Source of the DNA: an uncultured bacterium
Lineage (GTDB): Bacteria; Acidobacteriota; Thermoanaerobaculia; Multivoradales; JAHZIX01
NCBI GenBank assembly: GCA_965368975.1
Contig: CBDUPA010000001.1
Coordinates: 640,001 to 704,000 of the forward strand
DNA length: 64,000 nt
Direction of reading: 5' to 3'
The translations under genes and the position numbers were made by a program. Below the pieces are notes generated by a model. That model did not search any database, was not told where the DNA came from, and saw only the letters and a program-made list of their open reading frames with translations. Each line of letters starts with the position of its first letter. The stretch's first letter is position 1. Positions 48,213-56,678 of the stretch are shown in pieces.

Positions 48213-48734
48213 ATGCCAGTGTTCCGTGATGCCAAGGGCAACCACTACGAGATCAGTGACCAAGACCTGGAGCGCTTCAAGATCGAAGGCGCTCCGGAGC
48301 AGGCCGCGGGGCACCAAGTCGCGGCCTACAACTACGCTCCCGCCGCTGGTGCCGCCTACAACTACGCTGCCGGCGCCAACGCTGCTGGCACCAACGCTGC
48401 TGGCACCCCCCAGGGAGCTGCGTACAACTATGCCGGCGCCGCTCCGGGTGCTGCGTACAACTATGCTGCCAATCCAGCGTACTTCTGGGACCACCGCGCC
48501 CCGCAGCAGCAGGGAGCTGCCTACAACTACGCTGCCAATCCAGCGTATTTCTGGGATCACCGTGCGCCGCAACAGCAGGGAGCTGCGTACAACTACGCCG
48601 GCGCCGCTCCGGGAGCTGCCTACAACTATGCTCCCGCCGCTGGTGCCGCGTACAACTATGCAGCCCCCGACGTAGCGGCCTACAACTACGAAGGTGCCGC
48701 TGCGAAGCCGGATGACGCCGACAGCGAGGGCTGA
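48213..48734 (+). CDS. Putative multi-core RiPP precursor peptide (9x AAYNY, 2x YFW)
   Basis: AAGGAG RBS; charged ~35-aa leader MPVFRDAKGNHYEISDQDLERFKIEG; repeats vary at synonymous positions (tac aac tac/tat); flanked by oxygenase and P450. Confidence 0.85.
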   Translation: MPVFRDAKGNHYEISDQDLERFKIEGAPEQAAGHQVAAYNYAPAAGAAYNYAAGANAAGTNAAGTPQGAAYNYAGAAPGAAYNYAANPAYFWDHRAPQQQGAAYNYAANPAYFWDHRAPQQQGAAYNYAGAAPGAAYNYAPAAGAAYNYAAPDVAAYNYEGAAAKPDDADSEG

Positions 48735-49986
48735 GATCCGCGGGGGACGTGGGGCCCCGGGTGCGCTGAGCTTCTTCACCGAACTGCGCAGCCAGGGGGC
48801 CATCGCCAGCTTTGTTTGGCAGGGGCGGCCCGCCCGCCTGCTCAACGAGCCCTCGATCATCGAGCACGTGCTGGGAGACGGGCGGGGCAACTACCTCAAC
48901 CCGCCCCATGAGTATGCCGACCTGCAGCCGATCCTGACGCCGGCCGGCCGGCTGCTGCTGGGGCTGCACGGCCGTTCGCCGGCGCTCGCTGCTGCCGGCG
49001 AGCACTCGGCGGCGCGGGCGGAGTTCGAACGGTTGCTGCTACAGGCGGGCGACGACCTGTGCGAGCGCTTGCTACCCACTGTGCGGCCCGGCGCTGCGTC
49101 AGAGGGGCTGGTGCCGGATGCCCTCGAGCCACTGAAGGTCTCGATGCTGCAGTTCTTCACTCGCCTGCTGTTCGACGTCGAGGTCGACGACGGTGCCGCG
49201 ATAGCCTGCCAGCGGGCGGCCGCTTGGCTGGAGATCGAAAGCGTACGCCAGCGGGCCGGAGCTGCTCCTCGGCCAGGGGTGGAGCTGGCGGAGCGTCAGC
49301 AGCTGGAGTTCGCGTCGCTGGTGCTGGCCCAGCGCTTGCGGCAAGTTGGGCGACCCGTGGCCGCGGCCACGCAGGAGTTCGGGAGTTCCACCAGACGAGC
49401 GGTGATCCGCACGCTTCTCAATGGCTACAACGCAATGGCGACGACCCTGGCTTGGACCTGCGTCTTGCTGGCCGCGCATCCCGAGACCCAGGCTCGCTTG
49501 GTCTCGCAGGCGCGAGGGACCTTGCCGCGCCGGCGACCGGCGCTCCGCGATGTGGCGAGCTTGACGGAAGTCCGCTACGCGATCCAAGAAGCGGAACGGC
49601 TCTACCCGTCTGCTTGGCTCTTGGGGCGTACGGCGCTGCGCGACGAGAGCTTCGGCCGCTGGCATGTGCCGGCTGGGGCCCTGGTCTACATCTGCCCCTT
49701 CGCTCTGCACCGCGACCCGCGCTTCTGGCAGCAGCCAGACGCCTTCCTGCCGCTACGCTTCGCTGCTCCTGGAACTGCGCGTCCGCGGGGGACGTTCCTA
49801 CCGTTTGGTAGCGGACCTCGTCGATGTCCTGCCAGGTCGCTCAGTCAAGCGATGCTGGTGCTGCTACTCGCCGCTTTGTTGGCTCGCTACCAGCTTCGAG
49901 AGGTACCGGGGACGCAGGTGGTGCCGTGGCCGCTGATCTCTCTCCGGCCGCACCCCTCCGTGCCGCTGCGCCTGCTGCCACGGTAG
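48712..49986 (+). CDS. Cytochrome P450
   Basis: ExxR (EAERLYP), LHRDP.FW.PDAFLPLRF, heme motif FLPFGSGPRRCPA; I-helix LLNGYNAMATT. Start ATG 48712 overlaps the precursor by 23 nt (alternative GTG 48694). Confidence 0.92.
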   Translation: MTPTARAEIRGGRGAPGALSFFTELRSQGAIASFVWQGRPARLLNEPSIIEHVLGDGRGNYLNPPHEYADLQPILTPAGRLLLGLHGRSPALAAAGEHSAARAEFERLLLQAGDDLCERLLPTVRPGAASEGLVPDALEPLKVSMLQFFTRLLFDVEVDDGAAIACQRAAAWLEIESVRQRAGAAPRPGVELAERQQLEFASLVLAQRLRQVGRPVAAATQEFGSSTRRAVIRTLLNGYNAMATTLAWTCVLLAAHPETQARLVSQARGTLPRRRPALRDVASLTEVRYAIQEAERLYPSAWLLGRTALRDESFGRWHVPAGALVYICPFALHRDPRFWQQPDAFLPLRFAAPGTARPRGTFLPFGSGPRRCPARSLSQAMLVLLLAALLARYQLREVPGTQVVPWPLISLRPHPSVPLRLLPR

Positions 49987-49987
49987 T

Positions 49988-50083
49988 GCGAGCGCTTCGA
50001 CGTGCACGTGTTCCACGACGTCGTGCTGTGGAACGGCTCGATTCCGCTGTCGGTATTGGAGGTGGAGATCGATCGCCCTATCG
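49988..50083 (+). repeat. Direct repeat copy 2 (degenerate DUF885 3'-end remnant)
   Basis: Translates [29 protein letters not shown] versus [29 protein letters not shown]; separated from the P450 stop by 1 nt. Confidence 0.9.
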
Positions 50084-50193
50084 AGACCTCGGAGAAAGAG
50101 GCGACCACCGGCCCTGCCTGTGAGAAGGAGAGGGAGAGACGGAAAAGCCGGGGTCGCCGCAGAGGAGATGTCAGTGGAAGAAAAGCCCGGTCG

Positions 50194-51342
50194 TCAGAAC
50201 GACCAAGCGAGGCTGACGATGCTGAGCTCCGTCTCGACGGGGTCGTCGAGGATGATGCTGAGCGGGATGCTCTCAACCTGGCTGTATCCCTCGAACCACT
50301 GGTGCTCGAGCTTCGCTGTCAAGTTGGGTAGCACGTCGTAGCGTAGGCCGATCGTCTTGACCTCTTCCAGGGATTCCTCGAAGACGGTCAGAAACGGGAT
50401 CTCGAAGCGAAGATCGGCGTTCTCGTACCTCGCGGCAGCGTGCAACCGGTCGGTGAGGCGTACGTCGACTTCGGCGTACCAAGGAGTGAATCGACCACCA
50501 GCCCACGATCGCTGGGAGTACTCGATCCGAACCGTCCAGGGATCGAAGGCTGCGTCTACAGATGCGTAGAGCGTCTCCTCAGTGATGTCTTCGCCTCGCC
50601 GTAGAATCGTGTCCTGGACCTCCAGATGGTTGGCGCCAAGGCCGATTCGTAGACCCTCGACCGGAGTGTTGATCCAGAGCCAAGCTCCGATGGCGTTCTT
50701 GATGTCAGCTGTGGTGTAGTCGAGCGTAGCGTTGGCGAACTCAATACGTTCCCATTCGCCGTAGTAGAGGTGTCCGTCGAAGCTCCAGTCCCCGGTCGCT
50801 GCGCTCTCGTAGGTCAGGACGATCCCGTCGACCGAATCACTGGTCCAGGTTCCGTCACCATAGAAGGAGCCGGAAGGGCGGTAGAAGGGGAGCAGGGTGC
50901 CGACGTCCTTGATCTCGTTGTAGATACCGATGGGCAGTGGGACTCGGCCGACGCGCACTGAGAACTCGTCGGACAGAACCCGCCGGTAGAAGAGCCAGTC
51001 GATTTCGATGTCGTCGCGAAGCTCGTTCGAAGGACTCGTACCGACGGAATCGTTGGCCAGTTGCAGAACCAGCTCATTTCGATCAGCGAGAGCGAGCCGG
51101 AACTGCAGTGCGACGGTATGGAGGTCAGCCGTTCCGTTCTCGGAGACACCGCTGTAGTCGAAGTTCTCCGAGACGCCGTAGCCCCAGTTGATGAAGCCGA
51201 AGAAGTCGAAGTCGACCTGGTATTTCTCCGTGGCTGGCGGCGCCTCGGCCTCTGAGGTCATCGAAGTCTGAGCTACGACGGGGATCGATGGGGAGATTAG
51301 GCATAGAAAGCCCAAAATGAGCGATAATTGTATGTATCTCAT
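50194..51342 (-). CDS. Outer-membrane beta-barrel porin-like protein (paralog 1)
   Basis: Signal peptide, amphipathic strands, RVGRVPLPIGIYNEIKDVG, C-terminal LAWSF. Confidence 0.82.
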   Translation of the reverse strand: MRYIQLSLILGFLCLISPSIPVVAQTSMTSEAEAPPATEKYQVDFDFFGFINWGYGVSENFDYSGVSENGTADLHTVALQFRLALADRNELVLQLANDSVGTSPSNELRDDIEIDWLFYRRVLSDEFSVRVGRVPLPIGIYNEIKDVGTLLPFYRPSGSFYGDGTWTSDSVDGIVLTYESAATGDWSFDGHLYYGEWERIEFANATLDYTTADIKNAIGAWLWINTPVEGLRIGLGANHLEVQDTILRRGEDITEETLYASVDAAFDPWTVRIEYSQRSWAGGRFTPWYAEVDVRLTDRLHAAARYENADLRFEIPFLTVFEESLEEVKTIGLRYDVLPNLTAKLEHQWFEGYSQVESIPLSIILDDPVETELSIVSLAWSF

Positions 51343-51376
51343 GTCTGCTCCTGAGTGAATGTAGAAAGCCCGTTCG

Positions 51377-52534
51377 TCAGAACGACCAAGCGAGGCTGAC
51401 GATGCTGAGCTCCGTCTCAACGGGATCGTCGAAGAAGATGTTCAGCGGCTGATCTTCGATCTGACCGAACCCCTCGAACCATTGGTATTCGGCCTTGACC
51501 ACCAACTCTGGCAGGATCGCGTAGCGCAGGCCGACGCTGTAGAGGTCTTCGATCGTGCCGTCGAAGGTGGCGAAGAAGGGGACTTCGAAGTAGAGGTCGG
51601 CGGTCTCGAAGCGGCCCGCCAGGTTCAGGCGGTCGGTGAGCTTGACGTCGATCTCTGCGTACCAGGGAGTCCAGTCGCCGCCGGTGAAGGATCGCCGGGA
51701 ATACTCGACGCGCACGCTCACGGGGTCGAAGTTGGCGTCGATCGAGACGTAGCGCGTCTCCTCCGAGTCGGTCACGCCGGGCGCCAGGAACACGCCGCCC
51801 GTGGCGTGGAAGTGGTTGTACCCGAGGCCCACGCGCAGTCCGTCGACGGGCGTGTTGATCCAAGTCCAGATGCCGCCAGCGTCCTCGATGTCGGCCACGT
51901 CGAAGGAAAGGTCGCCGCCCGACGTCTCGATGCGCTCCCACTCTCCGTAGTAGAGATGCGTGTCGAAGCTCCAGTCGCGGGTGCGGTCGGACTCGTAAGT
52001 GAAGACGATGCCGTCGACAGAGTCGCTGGTCCAAGTGCCGTCACCGTAGTAGACGCCCGAGGCACGGTAGAACGGCAGCAGGGTGCCGACGTCCTTGACC
52101 TCGTTGTAGATGCCGATCGGCAGGGGAACACGACCGACCCGGAAGTACGCATGATCGCTCAGCGTTCGACGGTAGTAGAGCCAGTCGAGTTCCAGGTCAT
52201 CGCGCAGCTCGTTCGACGGGCTCGTGCCGACGCGTTCATTGGCGAGTTGGAGTACGAATTCGTCCTTGTTGGTCGGGTTCAGCCGAAACTGCAGGGCGAC
52301 GGTGTGAAGATCGGCGGTGCCGTCTTCGGGGACGCCTCGATAGGCATGACCATCGGCGATGCCGTAGCCCCAGTTGATGAAGCCGAAGAAGCTGAAGGCG
52401 ACCTTGGAGCCTGCCTGAACCGGGTCGGCAGAGTCGTCCAGACTGGCCGGGTTTTGGGCGCTGCTCGGGACCACGGCCAGCACGGTCGCGAGGGACGTGA
52501 GAATCACGATGAGAGCGGACTTCTGACAGATCAT
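51377..52534 (-). CDS. Outer-membrane beta-barrel porin-like protein (paralog 2)
   Basis: GGAGG RBS, signal peptide, same motifs as paralog 1, identical C-terminus DDPVETELSIVSLAWSF. Confidence 0.82.
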   Translation of the reverse strand: MICQKSALIVILTSLATVLAVVPSSAQNPASLDDSADPVQAGSKVAFSFFGFINWGYGIADGHAYRGVPEDGTADLHTVALQFRLNPTNKDEFVLQLANERVGTSPSNELRDDLELDWLYYRRTLSDHAYFRVGRVPLPIGIYNEVKDVGTLLPFYRASGVYYGDGTWTSDSVDGIVFTYESDRTRDWSFDTHLYYGEWERIETSGGDLSFDVADIEDAGGIWTWINTPVDGLRVGLGYNHFHATGGVFLAPGVTDSEETRYVSIDANFDPVSVRVEYSRRSFTGGDWTPWYAEIDVKLTDRLNLAGRFETADLYFEVPFFATFDGTIEDLYSVGLRYAILPELVVKAEYQWFEGFGQIEDQPLNIFFDDPVETELSIVSLAWSF

Positions 52535-52600
52535 GACGCCTCCTGTTTGGGCGATAGAAAGGATCAAACAATGAAAGTAGGCACACGACTCCCGCATGGG

Positions 52601-52668
52601 TGACATTGTCAACCATCGAATTGGTTTCGAGGCGCACCAACTTCCAGCCACTAGAGCACTTGTGCTCT
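52601..52668. promoter_or_regulatory. Two palindromes in the AT-rich region upstream of the porin pair
   Basis: TGACA-T-TGTCA (52601-52611) and AGAGCAC-TT-GTGCTCT (52653-52668). Confidence 0.4.
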
Positions 52669-52927
52669 GACTGCTACCTCTTCCTATGAAATCTAGAATG
52701 GAAATCAGGACAGGTGTGAATTGGGATGACCTGCCTGAGTTGAGTCAAAGGCTAGCATGATGTAGCCACCTTCGCAAGGATAATGTTGAATGCGGCAAAG
52801 ATTAAATGATAGATATGAAAGGAGTTTTCTATTGCTGTATTTTAGTTGTTTTGAGGCTCGAGGATGAAGAGATTGCGATGTATTCTTCGAGGCGCAGCGC
52901 CGGAGGCGGCGAACCAGGTGGCGGTCG

Positions 52928-54976
52928 TTACCACCAGATCTCGGAATCCGGGTTCATCCACTGTTCGCGGGAGAATTGTTCCGGGCCCGTGCGGCGATGG
53001 AAGGTACCGTCTTCTCGGGCCTGAGCGGCGATCCGGTCGAGCTCCTGGTGAATCTGGTCGAGTTCCTGGTCCGTCAAGGGGCCGGTGCCGGGTGGCGGTG
53101 CAGTGGCACCGCTGGGAGGTGGCGGCCCGGTGTCTGGATCGCTGGCTGGTGGCGGGGTACTTGGTGGCGGAGTACCTGGTGGCGGGGTACCTGGCGGTGG
53201 GGCGCTGGGAGGAGGAGAGCTGGAATCGCTGCTCGGGTCAGGTGGCGGCGGTGGGCAGTGGGCGGGAGGGGTCTCGATCAGGGCTTCGAGGACGGTGATC
53301 TGCTGCTGCAGGAAGTGGTGGTTGCGGTCGGCGTCGGCGGCGACGGTCGGGGCTTCCCGGTCGAATTCGCCGGCCGAGGTGAAGCGACGGGTCGCTTGTT
53401 GCCACAGATCCAGGGTCCGGCTCAGGTCGCAGTCCTGGGGATCACGCTCAGCGACGCCCCACAGGAAGAGTGCGACGCCGTCGTTGAAGTGGGCTTCGGC
53501 CAGGCGCGGGGCCAGTTGCAGGGTCTCTTGGTAGAGATCGTGGGCCTCGGAATAGCGACCGTCGAGCGTCGCCGAGCGGGCCAGGTTGTAGCTCGGGATC
53601 TCGGGCTGAATCTCGTAGGCCAGGCTACGATGGTAGTGCACCGCGGCTTCGCTATGCTCGCTGGCGTCGTCGCGCTCGATACCCCGTTCGTTCTCGATGT
53701 AGGCCTGCCAGGCGTCGTCGCTGCAGCCCAAGCCGAGCACGAGCAGGAGCAAGCCGGCGAAGGGAGGGGTGGTAGATGCGCGCCGCGTTCCTAGACGCTC
53801 GATCTCGAAGCGAGACCGTAGGCGCCGACCGAGGTGGCCGATCACCAGGGTGTCGAGCAGGACGATGGCCAGGACCAGCAGGAGTGGAGTTCTGCCCAGG
53901 TCCTCGGCGGCGGCTTCGCTGTCACCTTCCGAGTTCTCGCTGTCGCCTGTGGAGCTGAACTGGGTCTGGGAGATCCGGCGCTGAGCGGGACGCTCGCGGA
54001 TCGTTGTGGCCAGCGCGTTGGCCAAGACGTCCGGTGTGCCGTCTCCCAGGTCGCTACCGTCGGTGCGGTAGAAATCGCCGTCGGTGCGGTTGGCGATGCG
54101 ACGGAAGTGCTCGTCTTCGCGCCGCGACGTGTACTCGACCAGCACACGGCGCTCGTCGGGTTCCTTGCCGTCGACGACGTCGCGGTAGTCGTAGAGTTTG
54201 TGCCAGCGGCCGTCCGTGCCGCCGATCGCCACCGCATGCACCGGGACACCTCGGCGCGCCAGGGCGTCGAGTGAGGCCGCGTAGTCGAGCTCGAAGGGCA
54301 ATTCACCATCTCCCAGAAACACCACCTGTAAGTCGCCGCTGCGCTCGTCTTCGTGGCCGGCGAAAGGCAGGATGGCGTCGAGGGCGCTGGCCAGGTTGGA
54401 GCCGGAGTTCTGGTACATCGTGTACCACTCGACGGTGCGCAGCGCTTCGCTCAAGGCCACGCGGTCGTCGGTGATCGGTAGCAGGATGGTGGCGGTACCG
54501 CTGTAGCTGAGCATGCCGAAGTGGTGGTTCGGCAGCTCGGCGGTGAGACGCTGGCCGAGGTAGCGGGCGAGTTCGAAGCGGTCCCACTCCTCGATCTCTT
54601 CGCTACCGTCCACGGCCTCGCTGGTTTCCGCAAGCTCGGGGCCGAGCCCCGGCGGCAGGTCTAGATCCTCGGAGGTCATGCTGTGCGAGGCGTCGAAGAC
54701 GAGCAGCACGCGTCCATTCGCCGCCTCGGCTTCGATCTCACCCAACCGCTTGGGGCCGGCAGCGGCGTAGATGAGCAGCACGCCGGCGAGGAGCAACAGC
54801 CACAGGTGTGCCCGCAGCGAGCCGCGGCCGTGGACGGTCAGCGCACGGCGGAAGCGGGGGGACACGTGGAGGTGCAGCCAGTCGACGGACCGTCGCTGCT
54901 GGCGGCCGAACCACCAGGCGCCGAGCAGCCAGGGGACAAGCAGCCACAGCAATTCCGGACGTTCGAGGACGGTCAT
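52928..54976 (-). CDS. VWA + TPR protein (BatB/BatC-like fusion) with Pro-rich tail
   Basis: N-terminal TM helices, MIDAS DASHSM, PITDD, GDGE; TPR (YNLAR, AHFNDG); PPPGT repeats; ends in WW. Confidence 0.85.
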   Translation of the reverse strand: MTVLERPELLWLLVPWLLGAWWFGRQQRRSVDWLHLHVSPRFRRALTVHGRGSLRAHLWLLLLAGVLLIYAAAGPKRLGEIEAEAANGRVLLVFDASHSMTSEDLDLPPGLGPELAETSEAVDGSEEIEEWDRFELARYLGQRLTAELPNHHFGMLSYSGTATILLPITDDRVALSEALRTVEWYTMYQNSGSNLASALDAILPFAGHEDERSGDLQVVFLGDGELPFELDYAASLDALARRGVPVHAVAIGGTDGRWHKLYDYRDVVDGKEPDERRVLVEYTSRREDEHFRRIANRTDGDFYRTDGSDLGDGTPDVLANALATTIRERPAQRRISQTQFSSTGDSENSEGDSEAAAEDLGRTPLLLVLAIVLLDTLVIGHLGRRLRSRFEIERLGTRRASTTPPFAGLLLLVLGLGCSDDAWQAYIENERGIERDDASEHSEAAVHYHRSLAYEIQPEIPSYNLARSATLDGRYSEAHDLYQETLQLAPRLAEAHFNDGVALFLWGVAERDPQDCDLSRTLDLWQQATRRFTSAGEFDREAPTVAADADRNHHFLQQQITVLEALIETPPAHCPPPPPDPSSDSSSPPPSAPPPGTPPPGTPPPSTPPPASDPDTGPPPPSGATAPPPGTGPLTDQELDQIHQELDRIAAQAREDGTFHRRTGPEQFSREQWMNPDSEIWW

Positions 54977-54989
54977 CTGAGGCGCCTTG

Positions 54990-55040
54990 TCATCGTAGAG
55001 GTCGTCTCATCGTAGAGGTCGCCTCATCGTAGAGGCCGGC
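54990..55040. repeat. Three tandem 17-bp copies of the batA-like gene 3' end including its stop codon
   Basis: tcatcgtagaggtcgtc / tcatcgtagaggtcgcc / tcatcgtagaggccggc. Confidence 0.8.
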
Positions 55041-56082
55041 GTAGCACGATGCCGGTCAGCAGCAGGTAGAGGGTAAAGAGCGGCAACGCGGCGAGCGCCA
55101 GCCAGCGGCGGTACGACCGACGGATCTCGACCGTCGTGACCTCCAGCGGTGCGCTCTCCAGCCGCGACAGATGACCGAAGATGGTTTCCAGGGCACCGGC
55201 GTCGGTGGCGCGGAAGTAGTGGCCGTCGGCCAGCTCGGCGATGCGTTGCAGCTGGGCTTCGTCGAGCGAGGTGAGGTAGGGATCGTCCTCGCCGCCGAGC
55301 TTGTCGCCTTCGAACATGACCTCCATGGGCTCGTCGCCACCCAACCCGATGGTGTAGAGGCGGATCTGCAGATGGTGCACGAAGCGAGCGGCCAGCTCAG
55401 GCTCGATCCCTTCGTTGGACTCGCCGTCGGTGATCAGGATCAGTGCCTGGTCACGCTGTGGCCGGCGTGCGCGTTCGAGCAGCTGGGCGCCGGCCAGCAG
55501 TGCGTCGCCAATGGCGGTGCCGCCGCTCTTGCTCGGTGAGATGGTGTGCACGGTGACACCGCCGAGCAGCGCGCGCAGCGACGGACGGTCGGTGGTCAGC
55601 GGGCTCTGGACATAGGCGTCCTTACCGAAGATCAGCAGGCCGATGCGGTGGCCACTGGCACGGTCGAGGAAGTCACCGGCGATGCGGCGCAGGGCTTCCA
55701 TGCGGTTGGGCGGGAAGTCTTCGGCCAGCATGCTGAGGGAGACATCGAGCACCAGCAGGACGTCGATGCCTTCGTTTTCCATTAGCTCCAGCTCGGTCGA
55801 ACGGTGCGGCCCGGCGATACCCAGGATCAGGGCTGCGAGGAGCAGAACCTCGACGGCCAAGCTGAGGGAAGGCAGACCTCGGTGTCGCATCAACCACAGC
55901 GGGCCTGGAGGTCGAGAAGAGGGCCCTGCAGCCTGCAGTTGCAGCGCGCCGTATGGTAGCTGGTCGCGCCGCCGCAGCCGCCAGCGCTGCCAGGCGTAGA
56001 GTGGCAGTAAGAGCAGAACCCAGAGCCAGCGCGGATCGTCGAGTTGGAGCTCGAACGGCAGACCGAGGATGCCTGGGGCCAT
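55024..56082 (-). CDS. batA: BatA-like VWA domain membrane protein
   Basis: EGIDVLLVLDVSLSMLAEDF.PNR, SPLTTD, GTAIGDAL, LITDGESN, LYTIG, YFRATD. Confidence 0.88.
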   Translation of the reverse strand: MAPGILGLPFELQLDDPRWLWVLLLLPLYAWQRWRLRRRDQLPYGALQLQAAGPSSRPPGPLWLMRHRGLPSLSLAVEVLLLAALILGIAGPHRSTELELMENEGIDVLLVLDVSLSMLAEDFPPNRMEALRRIAGDFLDRASGHRIGLLIFGKDAYVQSPLTTDRPSLRALLGGVTVHTISPSKSGGTAIGDALLAGAQLLERARRPQRDQALILITDGESNEGIEPELAARFVHHLQIRLYTIGLGGDEPMEVMFEGDKLGGEDDPYLTSLDEAQLQRIAELADGHYFRATDAGALETIFGHLSRLESAPLEVTTVEIRRSYRRWLALAALPLFTLYLLLTGIVLRRPLR

Positions 56083-56678
56083 CACGAGGTCTCCTCGGCG
56101 TCCTGAGTGGAGGACCGGCGTCCGCGCTGGCCTTCGACCAGCCAGCGGGCGTCGCGGCAGATCCCGCGGAAGGCGCGTGGACTGGGCTCGTCGCGGCCGA
56201 ATTGCAAGCCGGCCAGCTGCAAGAGGAGCTTGGCGATCTTGCCATCTCCCAGGCGGCTGCCGATCTCTCGTGCCGTCAAGTGGTCGAGACGTTCGCGGCG
56301 GTCCGCCTCGAAGTGGTCGCGTAACATGGCGGCCAGCTGGTGGCAGCCCTGGCGCGGGTCGGCCGTGAACTCTTCGGCCAGCGCTTCGATACGGCTGCCG
56401 ATGCCACCGGCGCGTGCTCGCGGAGGCGGCGGTGGTTTGGCGGCGCGCGGCTTGGCTTTGACTCGCTTGCCCAGCCGGTAGAGTCCCCAGAGCACCAGCA
56501 GCACGGCGAGCAGCAGCAAGACGAGGCAACCGCATCCGACCATCCAGGGCGCGACGGCCTTGGGCAGATGCAGTGGGTCGGCCAGGCCCGCGGGAAGTTC
56601 CGGTGGCGCGTCTGGTGCCAGCGGGGGGTTCGATGTGGTCAGGGCGTTCGGTGTTGTCAGGATGTTTAGGGCCATCAT
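56082..56678 (-). CDS. Single-TM membrane protein of the MoxR/Bat operon (DUF4381-like)
   Basis: One TM helix followed by a Pro/Arg linker and LT..EI motif; overlapping start/stop junctions with neighbours. Confidence 0.7.
   Translation of the reverse strand: MMALNILTTPNALTTSNPPLAPDAPPELPAGLADPLHLPKAVAPWMVGCGCLVLLLLAVLLVLWGLYRLGKRVKAKPRAAKPPPPPRARAGGIGSRIEALAEEFTADPRQGCHQLAAMLRDHFEADRRERLDHLTAREIGSRLGDGKIAKLLLQLAGLQFGRDEPSPRAFRGICRDARWLVEGQRGRRSSTQDAEETS

Noticed and set aside
48320-48695. Regularly recurring gc(c/g)tacaacta(c/t)g DNA repeats as a CRISPR array or ncRNA
   Set aside because: Repeats are short, all in one frame, vary at third codon positions, have repeated rather than unique spacers, and no cas genes are present; they are coding repeats.
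50002-50331. 109-aa ORF starting [16 protein letters not shown]
   Set aside because: It is the duplicated DUF885 3' remnant reading into antisense porin sequence, not an independent gene.
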